Origin: Bacteroidia bacterium
GTDB taxonomy: Bacteria; Bacteroidota; Bacteroidia; NS11-12g; UBA9320
Direction of reading: 5' to 3'
Assembly: GCA_965216465.1 (NCBI GenBank)
Contig: CBDCFW010000001.1
Coordinates: 64,001-128,000 of the forward strand
Length of the DNA stretch: 64,000 nt
Part shown: positions 1 through 9,942 of the stretch, in pieces
Layout: each line of letters starts with the position of its first letter
Numbering within the stretch: the first letter of the stretch is position 1
The notes under the pieces: generated by a model
Database searches by the model: none
What the model saw: only the letters and a program-made list of their open reading frames with translations
Told to the model about the DNA's origin: nothing
Position numbers and translations under genes: made by a program

Positions 1-3000
1 AGTAATTGTACTATCGCATCCTGCACGGTTTCTAAGTAGAGATGTATAGGTTCCTTGTGACGACACTCTTCTACCATCTGGCAGTGTGAATGACTCACCT
101 AGACAAACTTCAGCTTGCTCAATCATATGCGAAGGCAACAATGGAATATATGTCGTGGTGTGAATAGAGTCACATCCTGTAACAGAGATAAAGTATGCAA
201 CTTCAGAATGCTCTGACCCTGTTCTATCCCCTTGTGTCACTGTTGAATCACAGAAATAAATTGTTTCTGAAGTATTCTGCGTGTTGGTAATGATAATTGA
301 TGCAATCACTGTAGAATCACAACCAGTAGACCCAACAATTGTAGTTTCAACCAATGCTGATCTTCTGTAAACATTACCTTGGTATTCAAAACTGTCACAA
401 TTGGTAATCGTTACATAAGTTGTAGCAGTGTAATTGATGGTTAAATCAGTATACACAATACTATCACAGCCTGTTGAAGTAGTTAATACATCAGTAATCA
501 ATTGACTAGTATAATACCAGTTACCGTTGACATTCATGCTGTCGCAAGTAGTAATTGACTGATTTGTGATTGCTGAGTTATTAATCGTTAAATCTGTGTA
601 TACTACACTATCACAACCTGCTACAGTAGTAAAGTTATCTGTAATTAACTGACTAGCGTAATACCAGTTTCCATTCACATTTGCACTATCACATGCTGTT
701 ATTGAATGGTTGGTAGTTGCTGAGTTGTTGATCGTTAAATTAGTATATACAATGCTATCGCAGCCTTCAGCAGTTGTGAAGTTATCCGTCACCACCTGAC
801 TTGTGAAGTACCAGTTTCCATTTACCTCAAGACTATCGCAGCCAGTGTAAGTAAATGTCGTACTCGCAGAGTAGTTGATGGTAAGATCTGTATATACAGT
901 ACTGTCACATCCTGATCCAGTTGTAAAGTTATCTGTAATTAACTGACTAGCGTAATACCAGTTACCATTCACGTTCGCACTATCACATGCGGTTATTGAT
1001 TGGTTGGTAGTAGCTGAGTTATTGATTGTTAAATCAGTGTAAACAATGCTATCACATCCTTCAGTAGTAGTAAAGTTATCTGTAATTAACTGACTAGCGT
1101 AATACCAAGTTCCATTCACGTTCGCACTATCACATGCGGTTATTGATTGGTTGGTAGTAGCTGAGTTATTGATAGTTAAATCAGTATAAACAATACTATC
1201 ACATCCTTCAGTAGTAGTAAAGTTATCTGTAATTAACTGACTAGCATAATACCAGTTACCATTCACATTTGCACTATCACATGCTGTTATAGCTTGGTTG
1301 GTAGTAGCTGAGTTATTGATAATTAAATCAGTGTAAACGATGCTATCACAACCAAGAGCTGTAGTAAAGTTATCTGTAATTAACTGACTAGCGTAATACC
1401 AGTTACCATTCACGTTCGCACTATCACATGCGGTTATTGATTGGTTGGTAGTAGCTGAGTTATTGATTGTTAAATCAGTGTAAACAATGCTATCACATCC
1501 TTCAGTAGTAGTAAAGTTATCTGTAATTAACTGACTAGCATAATACCAAGTTCCATTCACGTTTGCACTATCACATGCGGTTATTGATTGGTTGGTAGTA
1601 GCCATATAGTTAATGGTCAAATCCGTATAAACAATACTATCACAACCAAGAGCTGTAGTAAAGTTATCTGTAATTAATTGACTAGCGTAATACCAGTTAC
1701 CATTCACGTTCGCACTATCACATGCGGTTATTGATTGGTTGGTAGTAGCTGAGTTGTTGATTGTTAAATCAGTATATACAATGCTATCACAGCCTTCAGT
1801 AGTAGTAAAGTTATCTGTAATTAACTGACTAGCATAATACCAAGTTCCATTCACGTTTGCACTATCACATGCGGTTATTGATTGGTTGGTAGTTGCTGAG
1901 TTGTTGATTGTTAGATCAGTGTATACGATGCTATCACAACCAAGAGCTGTACTAAAGTTTTCTGTAATTAACTGACTAGCGTAATACCAGTTACCATTCA
2001 CGTTTGCACTATCACATGCTGTTATTGATTGGTTGGTAGTTGCTGAGTTATTGATTGTTAAATCAGTGTATACGATGCTATCACAGCCTTCTGTAGTAGT
2101 AAAGTTATCTGTAATTAACTGACTAGCGAAATACCAAGTTCCATTCACATTTGCACTATCACATGCGGTAATTGATTGGTTGGTAGTAGCCAAATAGTTA
2201 ATGGTCAAATCAGTATAAACAATACTATCACAACCAAGTGCAGTAGTAAAGCTGTCTGTAACCAATTGACTAGCATAGTACCAGTTACCGTTTACGTTCA
2301 TGCTATCACACGCAGTAAACGCCTGGTTAGTTGTAGCCATATAGTTGATGGTCAAATCCGTATAAACAATACTATCACATCCTAATGTAGTAGTGAAGCT
2401 GTCTGTAACCAATTGGCTAGTGTAGTACCAGTTACCATTTACGTTCATGCTATCACACGCAGTAAACGCTTGGTTGGTTGTAGCCATATAGTTGATGGTA
2501 AGATCTGTGTATACAATACTATCACATCCTAAGGTCGTAGTAAAGCTATCTGTCACCAATTGACTAGCATAGTACCAGTTACCGTTTACGTTCATGCTAT
2601 CACATGCTGTAAAGGCTTGGTTGGTAGTAGCCATATAGTTAATGGTCAAATCCGTATAAACAATACTATCACATCCAAGTGCAGTAGTAAAGCTGTCTGT
2701 AACCAGTTGGCTCGCATAGTACCAGTTTCCGTTTACATTCATGCTATCACAAGCAGTAAACGCTTGGTTTGTTGTAGCCATGTAGTTAATGGTCAAATCC
2801 GTATAAACAATACTATCGCAGCCTAATGTCGTAGTAAAGCTATCAGTAACCATTTGGCTAGTGAAGTACCAGTTTCCGTTTACATTCATGCTATCACATG
2901 CTGTGAACGCTTGGTTGGTAGTAGCCATATAGTTAATCGTCAAATCAGTATATACAATACTATCGCAGCCTAATGTCGTAGTAAAGCTATCTGTAATTAA

Positions 3001-6000
3001 CTGACTAGCGAAATACCAAGTTCCATTCACATTCATGCTATCACAAGCAGTAAACGCCTGGTTGGTTGTAGCCATATAGTTGATTGTAAGATCTGTGTAT
3101 ACAATACTATCACATCCAAGTGCAGTAGTAAAGCTGTCTGTAACCAATTGACTAGCATAGTACCAGTTACCGTTTACGTTCATGCTATCACAAGCTGTAA
3201 AAGCTTGGTTGGTAGTAGCCATATAGTTAATGGTCAAATCAGTATATACGATACTATCACAACCAAGTGCAGTTGTGAAGCTATCTGTAACCATTTGACT
3301 AGCATAGTACCAGTTACCGTTTACGTTCATGCTATCGCATGCAGTAAACGCTTGGTTAGTAGTAGCCATGTAGTTAATGGTCAAATCAGTATATACGATA
3401 CTATCGCAACCTAATGCCGTAGTAAAGCTATCAGTTACCATTTGGCTTGTATAGTACCAGTTACCGTTTACGTTCATGCTATCACACGCAGTAAAGGCTT
3501 GGTTAGTAGTAGCCATATAGTTAATGGTCAAATCAGTATAAACAATGCTATCACATCCTAAGGTCGTAGTAAAGCTATCTGTCACCAATTGACTCGCATA
3601 GTACCAGTTACCGTTTACGTTCATGCTATCACATGCTGTAAAGGCTTGGTTGGTTGTAGCCATGTAGTTGATTGTAAGATCTGTGTATACAATACTATCA
3701 CATCCTAATGTCGTAGTAAAGCTATCTGTAACCATTTGGCTCGCATAGTACCAGTTACCGTTTACGTTCATGCTATCACATGCAGTAAAGGCTTGGTTAG
3801 TTGTAGCCATATAGTTAATGGTCAAATCCGTATATACAATGCTATCACATCCTAAGGTCGTAGTAAAGCTATCTGTCACCAATTGACTCGCATAGTACCA
3901 GTTACCGTTTACGTTCATGCTATCACATGCTGTAAAGGCTTGGTTGGTAGTAGCCATATAGTTAATGGTCAAATCCGTATAAACAATACTATCACATCCA
4001 AGTGCAGTAGTAAAGCTATCTGTCACCAATTGACTAGTGTAGTACCAGTTACCATTTACGTTCATGCTATCACACGCAGTAAACGCTTGGTTGGTTGTAG
4101 CCATATAGTTAATGGTCAAATCCGTATATACAATACTATCACATCCAAGTGCAGTTGTAAAGCTGTCTGTAACCAGTTGACTAGCATAGTACCAGTTACC
4201 GTTTACATTCATGCTATCACATGCAGTAAAAGCTTGGTTAGTAGTAGCCATATAGTTAATGGTAAGATCAGTATATACAATACTATCACAACCTAATGTC
4301 GTAGTGAAGCTGTCTGTAACCATTTGGCTCGCATAGTACCAGTTACCGTTTACGTTCATGCTATCACATGCTGTAAAGGCTTGGTTGGTAGTAGCCATAT
4401 AGTTAATGGTCAAATCCGTATAAACAATACTATCACATCCAAGTGCAGTAGTAAAGCTATCTGTCACCAATTGACTAGTGTAGTACCAGTTACCATTTAC
4501 GTTCATGCTATCACACGCAGTAAACGCTTGGTTGGTAGAGGCCATATAGTTAATGGTCAAATCAGTATAAACAATACTATCACATCCAAGAGAAGTAGTC
4601 AGACTATCAGTCACCAGTTGACTCGCATAGTACCAGTTACCATTTACATTCATGCTATCACAAGCTGTAAAGGCTTGGTTGGTTGTAGCCATGTAGTTAA
4701 TGGTAAGATCAGTATATACAATACTATCGCAACCTAATGCTGTAGTAAAGCTGTCTGTAACCAGTTGACTTGCATAGTACCAGTTACCGTTTACGTTCAT
4801 GCTATCACACGCAGTAAACGCTTGGTTGGTAGTAGCCATGTAGTTAATGGTTAAATCAGTGTACACAATGCTATCACATCCTAATGTTGTAGTAAAGCTA
4901 TCCGTAACCAGTTGGCTAGCATAGTACCAGTTACCGTTTACGTTCATGCTATCACACGCTGTAAACGCCTGGTTGGTAGTTGCCATGTAGTTGATGGTTA
5001 AATCAGTATATACAATACTATCACAACCTAATGCTGTAGTAAAGCTGTCTGTTACCAGTTGACTTGCATAGTACCAGTTACCGTTTACGTTCATGCTATC
5101 ACACGCAGTAAACGCTTGGTTGGTAGTAGCCATGTAGTTAATGGTTAAATCAGTGTACACAATGCTATCACATCCAAGAGCCGTTGTCAAACTATCCGTT
5201 ACCAACTGACTCGTGTAGTACCAGTTACCATTAACGTTCATGCTATCACAAGAGGTTAATGCCTGATTGGTAGTAGTCATGTAATTGATCGTAAGATCTG
5301 TAATCTCAACACTATCGCAGCCATGTATCGTATTAAAACTGTCAGTAACCGTTTGACTGGTATAATACCAAGTTCCATTAACTAAAGCACTATCACAAGC
5401 CGTTACTGTGTAGTTAATAATTGGTGAAGGATATACAACCAACGACATCAATACCACAGAGTCACAACCCAAAGTGGTCGTGAAACTATCGATAACTAAG
5501 GTATCTGATTGGTAGTATGTAATTCCGTTATAAGTTAGGGAATCACAGGCTGATTGATTAAAATAAGTTTCTTTGGCGGGATTAACCGTTAAATAATGTG
5601 TGACGACCGAGTCGCACCCATCCACAGTTGTAAGTGTATCTTGATAAACACCTGATGTTGTAGGCATGGTACCATCAGCAAGTGTAAAACCGTCATTTGA
5701 ACAAACGGTAGTGTAAGTTGTATCCACAACTCTGTTTACATAAACTCTAATTGATTTACATAACGAGCTTACATTATTTGTACAAATTGTATCAATTAAG
5801 TTACCACAAACTTCGTAGTCAATATATGCAGGAGCAGTTGAGTCTGGTGTTACATAAACTGTATCGCAGCCCAATGTACAGTTCAGGAATGTATCATATC
5901 TACCATCTACAGAGGTAACATCCTTCCAAACTAATGATGTATCAACAAAGTATCCTAAAGTTCCAATCTCTACACTACACCCAAGATTAACAACAACCGA

Positions 6001-6468
6001 ATCAGGGATAATACTTTTAGGAATTGACGTAATTCTGTATCCATTGGTATTATTACCTGGCTTACAGAATGTTAAAATGTGAGGTCCTGGTCCTGTTAAA
6101 CACACGTATTCACCAACTGCTTTTTGCACTCCACAACCAATTTGGTAGTAAAGGGCACCTGGAGGAATAGCACCAGAAGAAATCTCAAATTTCAGACCAG
6201 CTGAGTTCGAATCGAGTGTTACATAAGCTACAATACATTTGTCTGGATTTGTAGCACCACAACATAATCCATTACGTTGCAATGGAGCAATGTCATAATA
6301 GCCAGCTGGGTTACCAGTCAAGTCGATTGTAAAACTTGGTGTGTTGGCGGTACATGGACTCGTTTGTGCAGTCACAAGACTATTTCCGGCAAAAAGAATA
6401 ATGCCAAAAAACAATACGTAGCGTACAAGCCAATTTGATTTAAGTGTAGTAGTCGCGTTGTTCATCAT
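1..6468 (-). CDS. Giant secreted repeat protein (adhesin/SprB-like, probable T9SS cargo); 3' end lies outside the window, >2156 aa
   Basis: ATG at 6468 (MMNNATTTLKSNWLVRYVLFFGIILFAGNSLVTAQ signal peptide), then a Cys-rich N-domain (RNGLCCG...PPGALYYQIGC...LTFCKPGNN) and tandem 49-aa repeats. The frame is still open at base 1 (NRAGCDSTIT). Absent from the ORF track because there is no stop in the window. Confidence 0.9.
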   Translation of the reverse strand, partial: MMNNATTTLKSNWLVRYVLFFGIILFAGNSLVTAQTSPCTANTPSFTIDLTGNPAGYYDIAPLQRNGLCCGATNPDKCIVAYVTLDSNSAGLKFEISSGAIPPGALYYQIGCGVQKAVGEYVCLTGPGPHILTFCKPGNNTNGYRITSIPKSIIPDSVVVNLGCSVEIGTLGYFVDTSLVWKDVTSVDGRYDTFLNCTLGCDTVYVTPDSTAPAYIDYEVCGNLIDTICTNNVSSLCKSIRVYVNRVVDTTYTTVCSNDGFTLADGTMPTTSGVYQDTLTTVDGCDSVVTHYLTVNPAKETYFNQSACDSLTYNGITYYQSDTLVIDSFTTTLGCDSVVLMSLVVYPSPIINYTVTACDSALVNGTWYYTSQTVTDSFNTIHGCDSVEITDLTINYMTTTNQALTSCDSMNVNGNWYYTSQLVTDSLTTALGCDSIVYTDLTINYMATTNQAFTACDSMNVNGNWYYASQLVTDSFTTALGCDSIVYTDLTINYMATTNQAFTACDSMNVNGNWYYASQLVTDSFTTTLGCDSIVYTDLTINYMATTNQAFTACDSMNVNGNWYYASQLVTDSFTTALGCDSIVYTDLTINYMATTNQAFTACDSMNVNGNWYYASQLVTDSLTTSLGCDSIVYTDLTINYMASTNQAFTACDSMNVNGNWYYTSQLVTDSFTTALGCDSIVYTDLTINYMATTNQAFTACDSMNVNGNWYYASQMVTDSFTTTLGCDSIVYTDLTINYMATTNQAFTACDSMNVNGNWYYASQLVTDSFTTALGCDSIVYTDLTINYMATTNQAFTACDSMNVNGNWYYTSQLVTDSFTTALGCDSIVYTDLTINYMATTNQAFTACDSMNVNGNWYYASQLVTDSFTTTLGCDSIVYTDLTINYMATTNQAFTACDSMNVNGNWYYASQMVTDSFTTTLGCDSIVYTDLTINYMATTNQAFTACDSMNVNGNWYYASQLVTDSFTTTLGCDSIVYTDLTINYMATTNQAFTACDSMNVNGNWYYTSQMVTDSFTTALGCDSIVYTDLTINYMATTNQAFTACDSMNVNGNWYYASQMVTDSFTTALGCDSIVYTDLTINYMATTNQAFTACDSMNVNGNWYYASQLVTDSFTTALGCDSIVYTDLTINYMATTNQAFTACDSMNVNGTWYFASQLITDSFTTTLGCDSIVYTDLTINYMATTNQAFTACDSMNVNGNWYFTSQMVTDSFTTTLGCDSIVYTDLTINYMATTNQAFTACDSMNVNGNWYYASQLVTDSFTTALGCDSIVYTDLTINYMATTNQAFTACDSMNVNGNWYYASQLVTDSFTTTLGCDSIVYTDLTINYMATTNQAFTACDSMNVNGNWYYTSQLVTDSFTTTLGCDSIVYTDLTINYMATTNQAFTACDSMNVNGNWYYASQLVTDSFTTALGCDSIVYTDLTINYLATTNQSITACDSANVNGTWYFASQLITDNFTTTEGCDSIVYTDLTINNSATTNQSITACDSANVNGNWYYASQLITENFSTALGCDSIVYTDLTINNSATTNQSITACDSANVNGTWYYASQLITDNFTTTEGCDSIVYTDLTINNSATTNQSITACDSANVNGNWYYASQLITDNFTTALGCDSIVYTDLTINYMATTNQSITACDSANVNGTWYYASQLITDNFTTTEGCDSIVYTDLTINNSATTNQSITACDSANVNGNWYYASQLITDNFTTALGCDSIVYTDLIINNSATTNQAITACDSANVNGNWYYASQLITDNFTTTEGCDSIVYTDLTINNSATTNQSITACDSANVNGTWYYASQLITDNFTTTEGCDSIVYTDLTINNSATTNQSITACDSANVNGNWYYASQLITDNFTTGSGCDSTVYTDLTINYSASTTFTYTGCDSLEVNGNWYFTSQVVTDNFTTAEGCDSIVYTNLTINNSATTNHSITACDSANVNGNWYYASQLITDNFTTVAGCDSVVYTDLTINNSAITNQSITTCDSMNVNGNWYYTSQLITDVLTTSTGCDSIVYTDLTINYTATTYVTITNCDSFEYQGNVYRRSALVETTIVGSTGCDSTVIASIIITNTQNTSETIYFCDSTVTQGDRTGSEHSEVAYFISVTGCDSIHTTTYIPLLPSHMIEQAEVCLGESFTLPDGRRVSSQGTYTSLLRNRAGCDSTIT
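11..5620 (-). repeat. Intragenic tandem array of 147-bp (49-aa) units, about 39 copies
   Basis: The GCDS-encoding motif recurs every 147 bp from 167 to 5459, with two off-register copies at 11 and 5609. Consensus NYMATTNQAFTACDSMNVNGNWYYASQLVTDSFTTALGCDSIVYTDLTI. Confidence 0.95.
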
Positions 6469-6582
6469 AAGTCTGCCGAAGCAGTTTAATTGTAGTAGTA
6501 AGTAGTTTGAGTATATAGCTATACTCGATACAAATATTACATATTATTAATGAATATGCAAATAAATTGCACTAACAGGCAC

Positions 6583-6613
6583 AAAAAAAGGCCCTCAAAC
6601 AGGGCCTTTTTTA
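6583..6613. terminator. Intrinsic terminator downstream of htpG
   Basis: AAAAAAAGGCCCT-CAAAC-AGGGCCTTTTTTT perfect hairpin with A/T tails. Confidence 0.85.
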
Positions 6614-6636
6614 ATAATTTTTATTATTATATAGTG

Positions 6637-8442
6637 TTAAATATCAGCGAGTTGAGACTTAACAAAGTCATTTAACTCCTTACCGGTTAAAAGATTTTGA
6701 TTCAACTTAGCCAAATTGACCACTTTCGTGATAATTTTCGGTTGTTCCTCATCATTTGACTCCAGCACTCTTTTGGCCAATGGATGATTCGTATTTAGGC
6801 TGATGACATACTTCTCAGGCATGTTTCCGAACATCGCCATTCCACCCATGCCTTGCATTTCGCTCATTCTTCTCTCCCACTCGCTTCGTGTAATGGTTAC
6901 AAAATCATCATTCGGACTCATTACACTTGTTTCAATTCCAAATTTCTCGGCATCAACGTGTGCTTCAAAGTTTGACTTCAACGCTGCAACATCATCATCA
7001 CTTAAAACACTTTCATTCTTCTCGTCTTTATCTATCAGTTTAGATAGAACATCAGCATCTACACGCTTCAATTGGAACTTCTCATTCTTCTGTTCTAGAT
7101 TCGAAATGAAATGGTTATCAATTATTTCATCCAGAACTAAAACGTCATAGCCTTTATCCTTAGCAGCTTCCACGTAACTATGCTGTGCATCTGCATCATT
7201 GGTATAAAGCCCAATTCTATTCCCATCCTTATCGGTTTGGTTAGCTGAAATTTGTTCTATATAGTTTTCGATGTTGGTGTGCTTATCGTCGGTGTTCTTT
7301 AATAAACAAATGTTTTTAGCACGATCATAGAATTTCTCGTCTGATATCATTCCATATTTCACAAACAAGCTAATATTCGACCATTTGGCCTCGAAATCTT
7401 CTTTGTCATTTTTATGAAGCTCAGTAAGCTTATCTGCAACCTTTTTGCTTATATGCGAAGTGATTTTCTTCACGGCACCATCCGCTTGAAGACTACTTCT
7501 ACTTACATTTAATGGTATATCTGGACTATCAATTACTCCATGCAATAGCATCAGATACTCCGGAACAATATCTTCTACATTGTCTGTTACATACACCTGG
7601 TTGCTGTACAGTTGAATCTTGTTTTTATTCGGATCAATATCTTTTTTGATTTTTGGGAAGTACAAAATTCCTGTCAGATTAAAAGGATAATCTACGTTTA
7701 AGTGAATCCAAAACAATGGAGGTTCACTCATGGGATACAGCTTGCTATAAAATTCGGTGTAATCTTCGTCTTTAAGCTCACTTGGACTTTTCTTCCATAA
7801 TGGAGCAGATTCATTAATTACTTGTTCATCAAACGTGATTGGAATCGGTAAGAACTTACAGTATTTGTTTAAAAGTTCTGAGATTTTATACTTGCTTAAG
7901 AATTCCGTACTATCCTCATTAATATGAAGTATAATATCCGTTCCTCTTTTTTTACGCTTGCCTTTTGTGATTTTAAAATCGGTTGAGCCTTCGCATGTCC
8001 ACTTAGCAGCTGACGCCCCTTCTTTATAACTGAGGGTGTTAATTTCCACCTTATCAGCAACCATAAAGCTCGAGTAGAATCCTAGTCCAAAATGACCAAT
8101 AATATTGGCATCTTCCTTGGCATCTTTAAACTTCTCAACGAACTCCTCTGCCCCACTAAACGCAATTTGATTGATATACTTGTCAATTTCATCGGCAGTC
8201 ATACCAATACCATTATCGCTAATGGTTAAAGTCTTATTCTCTTCATCGAGTTTTACTTCAATCCCTAATTCTCCCAGTTCACCCGAAACTTCGCCTCTTT
8301 GGCTCAATACTTTAATTTTTTGAGATGCATCTGTTGCATTTGAGATGAGCTCACGTAAGAAAATTTCGTGGTCTGTATAAAGAAACTTCTTGATGATCGG
8401 AAAGATGTTTTCCGTATTAACTGATACTTTTCCTTTTTGCAT
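6637..8442 (-). CDS. htpG: Molecular chaperone HtpG (Hsp90)
   Basis: MQKGKVSVNTENIFPIIKKFLY, FLRELISNA, DNGIGM, GHFGLGFYS, PLNVSRS motifs; start moved to ATG 8442. Confidence 0.97.
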   Translation of the reverse strand: MQKGKVSVNTENIFPIIKKFLYTDHEIFLRELISNATDASQKIKVLSQRGEVSGELGELGIEVKLDEENKTLTISDNGIGMTADEIDKYINQIAFSGAEEFVEKFKDAKEDANIIGHFGLGFYSSFMVADKVEINTLSYKEGASAAKWTCEGSTDFKITKGKRKKRGTDIILHINEDSTEFLSKYKISELLNKYCKFLPIPITFDEQVINESAPLWKKSPSELKDEDYTEFYSKLYPMSEPPLFWIHLNVDYPFNLTGILYFPKIKKDIDPNKNKIQLYSNQVYVTDNVEDIVPEYLMLLHGVIDSPDIPLNVSRSSLQADGAVKKITSHISKKVADKLTELHKNDKEDFEAKWSNISLFVKYGMISDEKFYDRAKNICLLKNTDDKHTNIENYIEQISANQTDKDGNRIGLYTNDADAQHSYVEAAKDKGYDVLVLDEIIDNHFISNLEQKNEKFQLKRVDADVLSKLIDKDEKNESVLSDDDVAALKSNFEAHVDAEKFGIETSVMSPNDDFVTITRSEWERRMSEMQGMGGMAMFGNMPEKYVISLNTNHPLAKRVLESNDEEQPKIITKVVNLAKLNQNLLTGKELNDFVKSQLADI

Positions 8443-8467
8443 GTTATCTAAATTCAGCCAATAATTG

Positions 8468-8483
8468 GCAAAACGCAGACCAA
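8468..8483 (-). promoter_or_regulatory. Sigma54-like -24/-12 promoter of htpG
   Basis: TTGGTCTGCGTTTTGC has GG-N10-GC spacing; similar elements occur before yugP and secA. Confidence 0.45.
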
Positions 8484-8516
8484 AGTTAAAAAACTGACAA
8501 CATGACCTTAATTCAT

Positions 8517-8548
8517 AAAAAGTCCCCTCTACCAGTGGCAGAGAGGAC
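8517..8548 (-). terminator. Intrinsic terminator after the His-rich lipoprotein gene
   Basis: GTCCTCTCTGCC-ACT-GGTAGAGGGGAC followed by TTTTT. Confidence 0.75.
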
Positions 8549-8570
8549 ATTTATCCTTGTTTAAAAATAA

Positions 8571-8969
8571 CTACATTGGGTGACAATGAAAGTGTATCAC
8601 CTTTGTTTCTTTGGCTCCATCATGATTAGTTAATGCATCAATGGTTAAACTCATATCGCTATGTCCATCTACATCGTTAACCCACATTGCGTGAACGTGA
8701 ATCATATTGCCATCTTCGTGTCCATGTTTTGTAAACACTACGCTATCTTTTGTTTCATTCTTAATTGACAGGTTATAACCGTGCAGTTCGGACTCCCACG
8801 AAATCATACCCATAATATGTACCGTATCTCCTAAGCTGTATTGACTATGAACAATAGGACTAGAAAAGTCGAACTCAACCGCTGGAATTACGTCGTCATC
8901 TTTACATGATGAAATAGATACGGTTAAAGCAATTACTGCTAGAATTAGAATTTTATTGAATGTTTTCAT
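8571..8969 (-). CDS. His-rich lipoprotein (DUF4625-like, putative metal binding)
   Basis: Lipobox ISSC-KDDD, Ig-like GDTVHI, HGHEDG, HVH, C-terminal HFHCHP. Confidence 0.65.
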   Translation of the reverse strand: MKTFNKILILAVIALTVSISSCKDDDVIPAVEFDFSSPIVHSQYSLGDTVHIMGMISWESELHGYNLSIKNETKDSVVFTKHGHEDGNMIHVHAMWVNDVDGHSDMSLTIDALTNHDGAKETKVIHFHCHPM

Positions 8970-8973
8970 TTGA

Positions 8974-9882
8974 TTATTTTTCTTTTTTGTTAATGATAAA
9001 TAGTAATTGTGCTCTAATACTAGATAAAGGCTGAACGTAGCCTTCAGCTAGCCTACTGAACACGGGCAGTTCATAGCGTAATCGAGTTCCGAAGTTCTTG
9101 GTGTAGAAGTCGAGACCGATCGGAAGTTGAAGAGCATAGCCTCCGCTATAAACCTCCTTGATATTGTATGTGGTAGATTTTACATCTTTTGCTTGTTGAT
9201 TAAACTTAAGTCCAAATTGACCAACCAGCATTGATTTTGAAAGCTCTTTCTTGTATAGCGCTAAGCAAGTTAAGTCCATTTGGTTTCCATATTTATACCC
9301 CCAATAACCCGGGAAATTGATAGTATAATTTAACTCCGAATTCAAACCAATCTTATCTTTAAAATAAGTAAGATTAGAAGAAAGTAGACCGTCAAACGAC
9401 CCTGTTCCCGGTTGTAGGTTTGGTATTAAGACCGACCGATTCACTAGGATGTTGCTTTTTCCTGTAGGAAGCTTTACTCCAGCTCCAATGAAAGCTTTTA
9501 AATTTTCCGTCTTGACCAATCTATAACTGGCCAGAAGACTCAGGTCTCCAAATCCACTAAGGCTGTAGTTTGTTGTATCACTTATACTCTTTTGGTGATA
9601 TGGAGCAAATCCAAATAACTGAATACGATCGTTCAACTGGTACCTACCCCAGATTTCGTAGGTGGAATATGCATTGTTTCCATATACACGATCTTCATCC
9701 TCAAATAAACGAGGATGTTCCGTTTCAAACGTATTGTACCTATAGGTTAATCCTATAAAATGGAAACTACTGTTGGGTAAAAATCCGATACCCTGCATGC
9801 CGCTAACACCACCACATACGTCGCAAGCGTACACGCTATTTAACATAACGAGGGCAAGCCCCGTTATCCATAATTTTTTCAT
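8974..9882 (-). CDS. Outer-membrane beta-barrel 'transporter' family protein with N-terminal CxxC
   Basis: Signal peptide VYA|CDVCG, SGFGDL, GVKLPTG, LQPGTGSFD motifs and alternating beta strands. Confidence 0.7.
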   Translation of the reverse strand: MKKLWITGLALVMLNSVYACDVCGGVSGMQGIGFLPNSSFHFIGLTYRYNTFETEHPRLFEDEDRVYGNNAYSTYEIWGRYQLNDRIQLFGFAPYHQKSISDTTNYSLSGFGDLSLLASYRLVKTENLKAFIGAGVKLPTGKSNILVNRSVLIPNLQPGTGSFDGLLSSNLTYFKDKIGLNSELNYTINFPGYWGYKYGNQMDLTCLALYKKELSKSMLVGQFGLKFNQQAKDVKSTTYNIKEVYSGGYALQLPIGLDFYTKNFGTRLRYELPVFSRLAEGYVQPLSSIRAQLLFIINKKEK

Positions 9883-9892
9883 GTATTAAATG

Positions 9893-9942
9893 TTTAAGCT
9901 ATTATTTAAGAATTTAGCCGAAGCTATGGGTATTAGCTTAAA
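9893..9942 (-). promoter_or_regulatory. Predicted mRNA stem linking the end of the leader ORF to the initiation region of the next gene
   Basis: TTTAAGCTA (9942-9934) is the perfect complement of TAGCTTAAA (9901-9893); the two arms enclose a TAGC-TTCG-GCTA hairpin (9926-9915). Confidence 0.55.

Noticed and set aside
2176-4737. Five plus-strand repetitive ORFs in the ORF track
   Set aside because: Antisense shadows of the long minus-strand repeat gene; they start and stop at repeat-register positions
167-5460. Possible CRISPR array or DGR-like repeats
   Set aside because: Units are contiguous 147-bp coding repeats with no unique spacers, variation is mostly synonymous rather than adenine-specific, and there is no cas or reverse transcriptase gene in the window
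8443-8550. N-terminal extensions given by the ORF track for htpG (similarly arsR, porin, nptA, 24459, 30251, 49167, 59265)
   Set aside because: The extensions run through promoters, terminators or neighbouring genes; downstream ATGs match family N-termini or signal peptides
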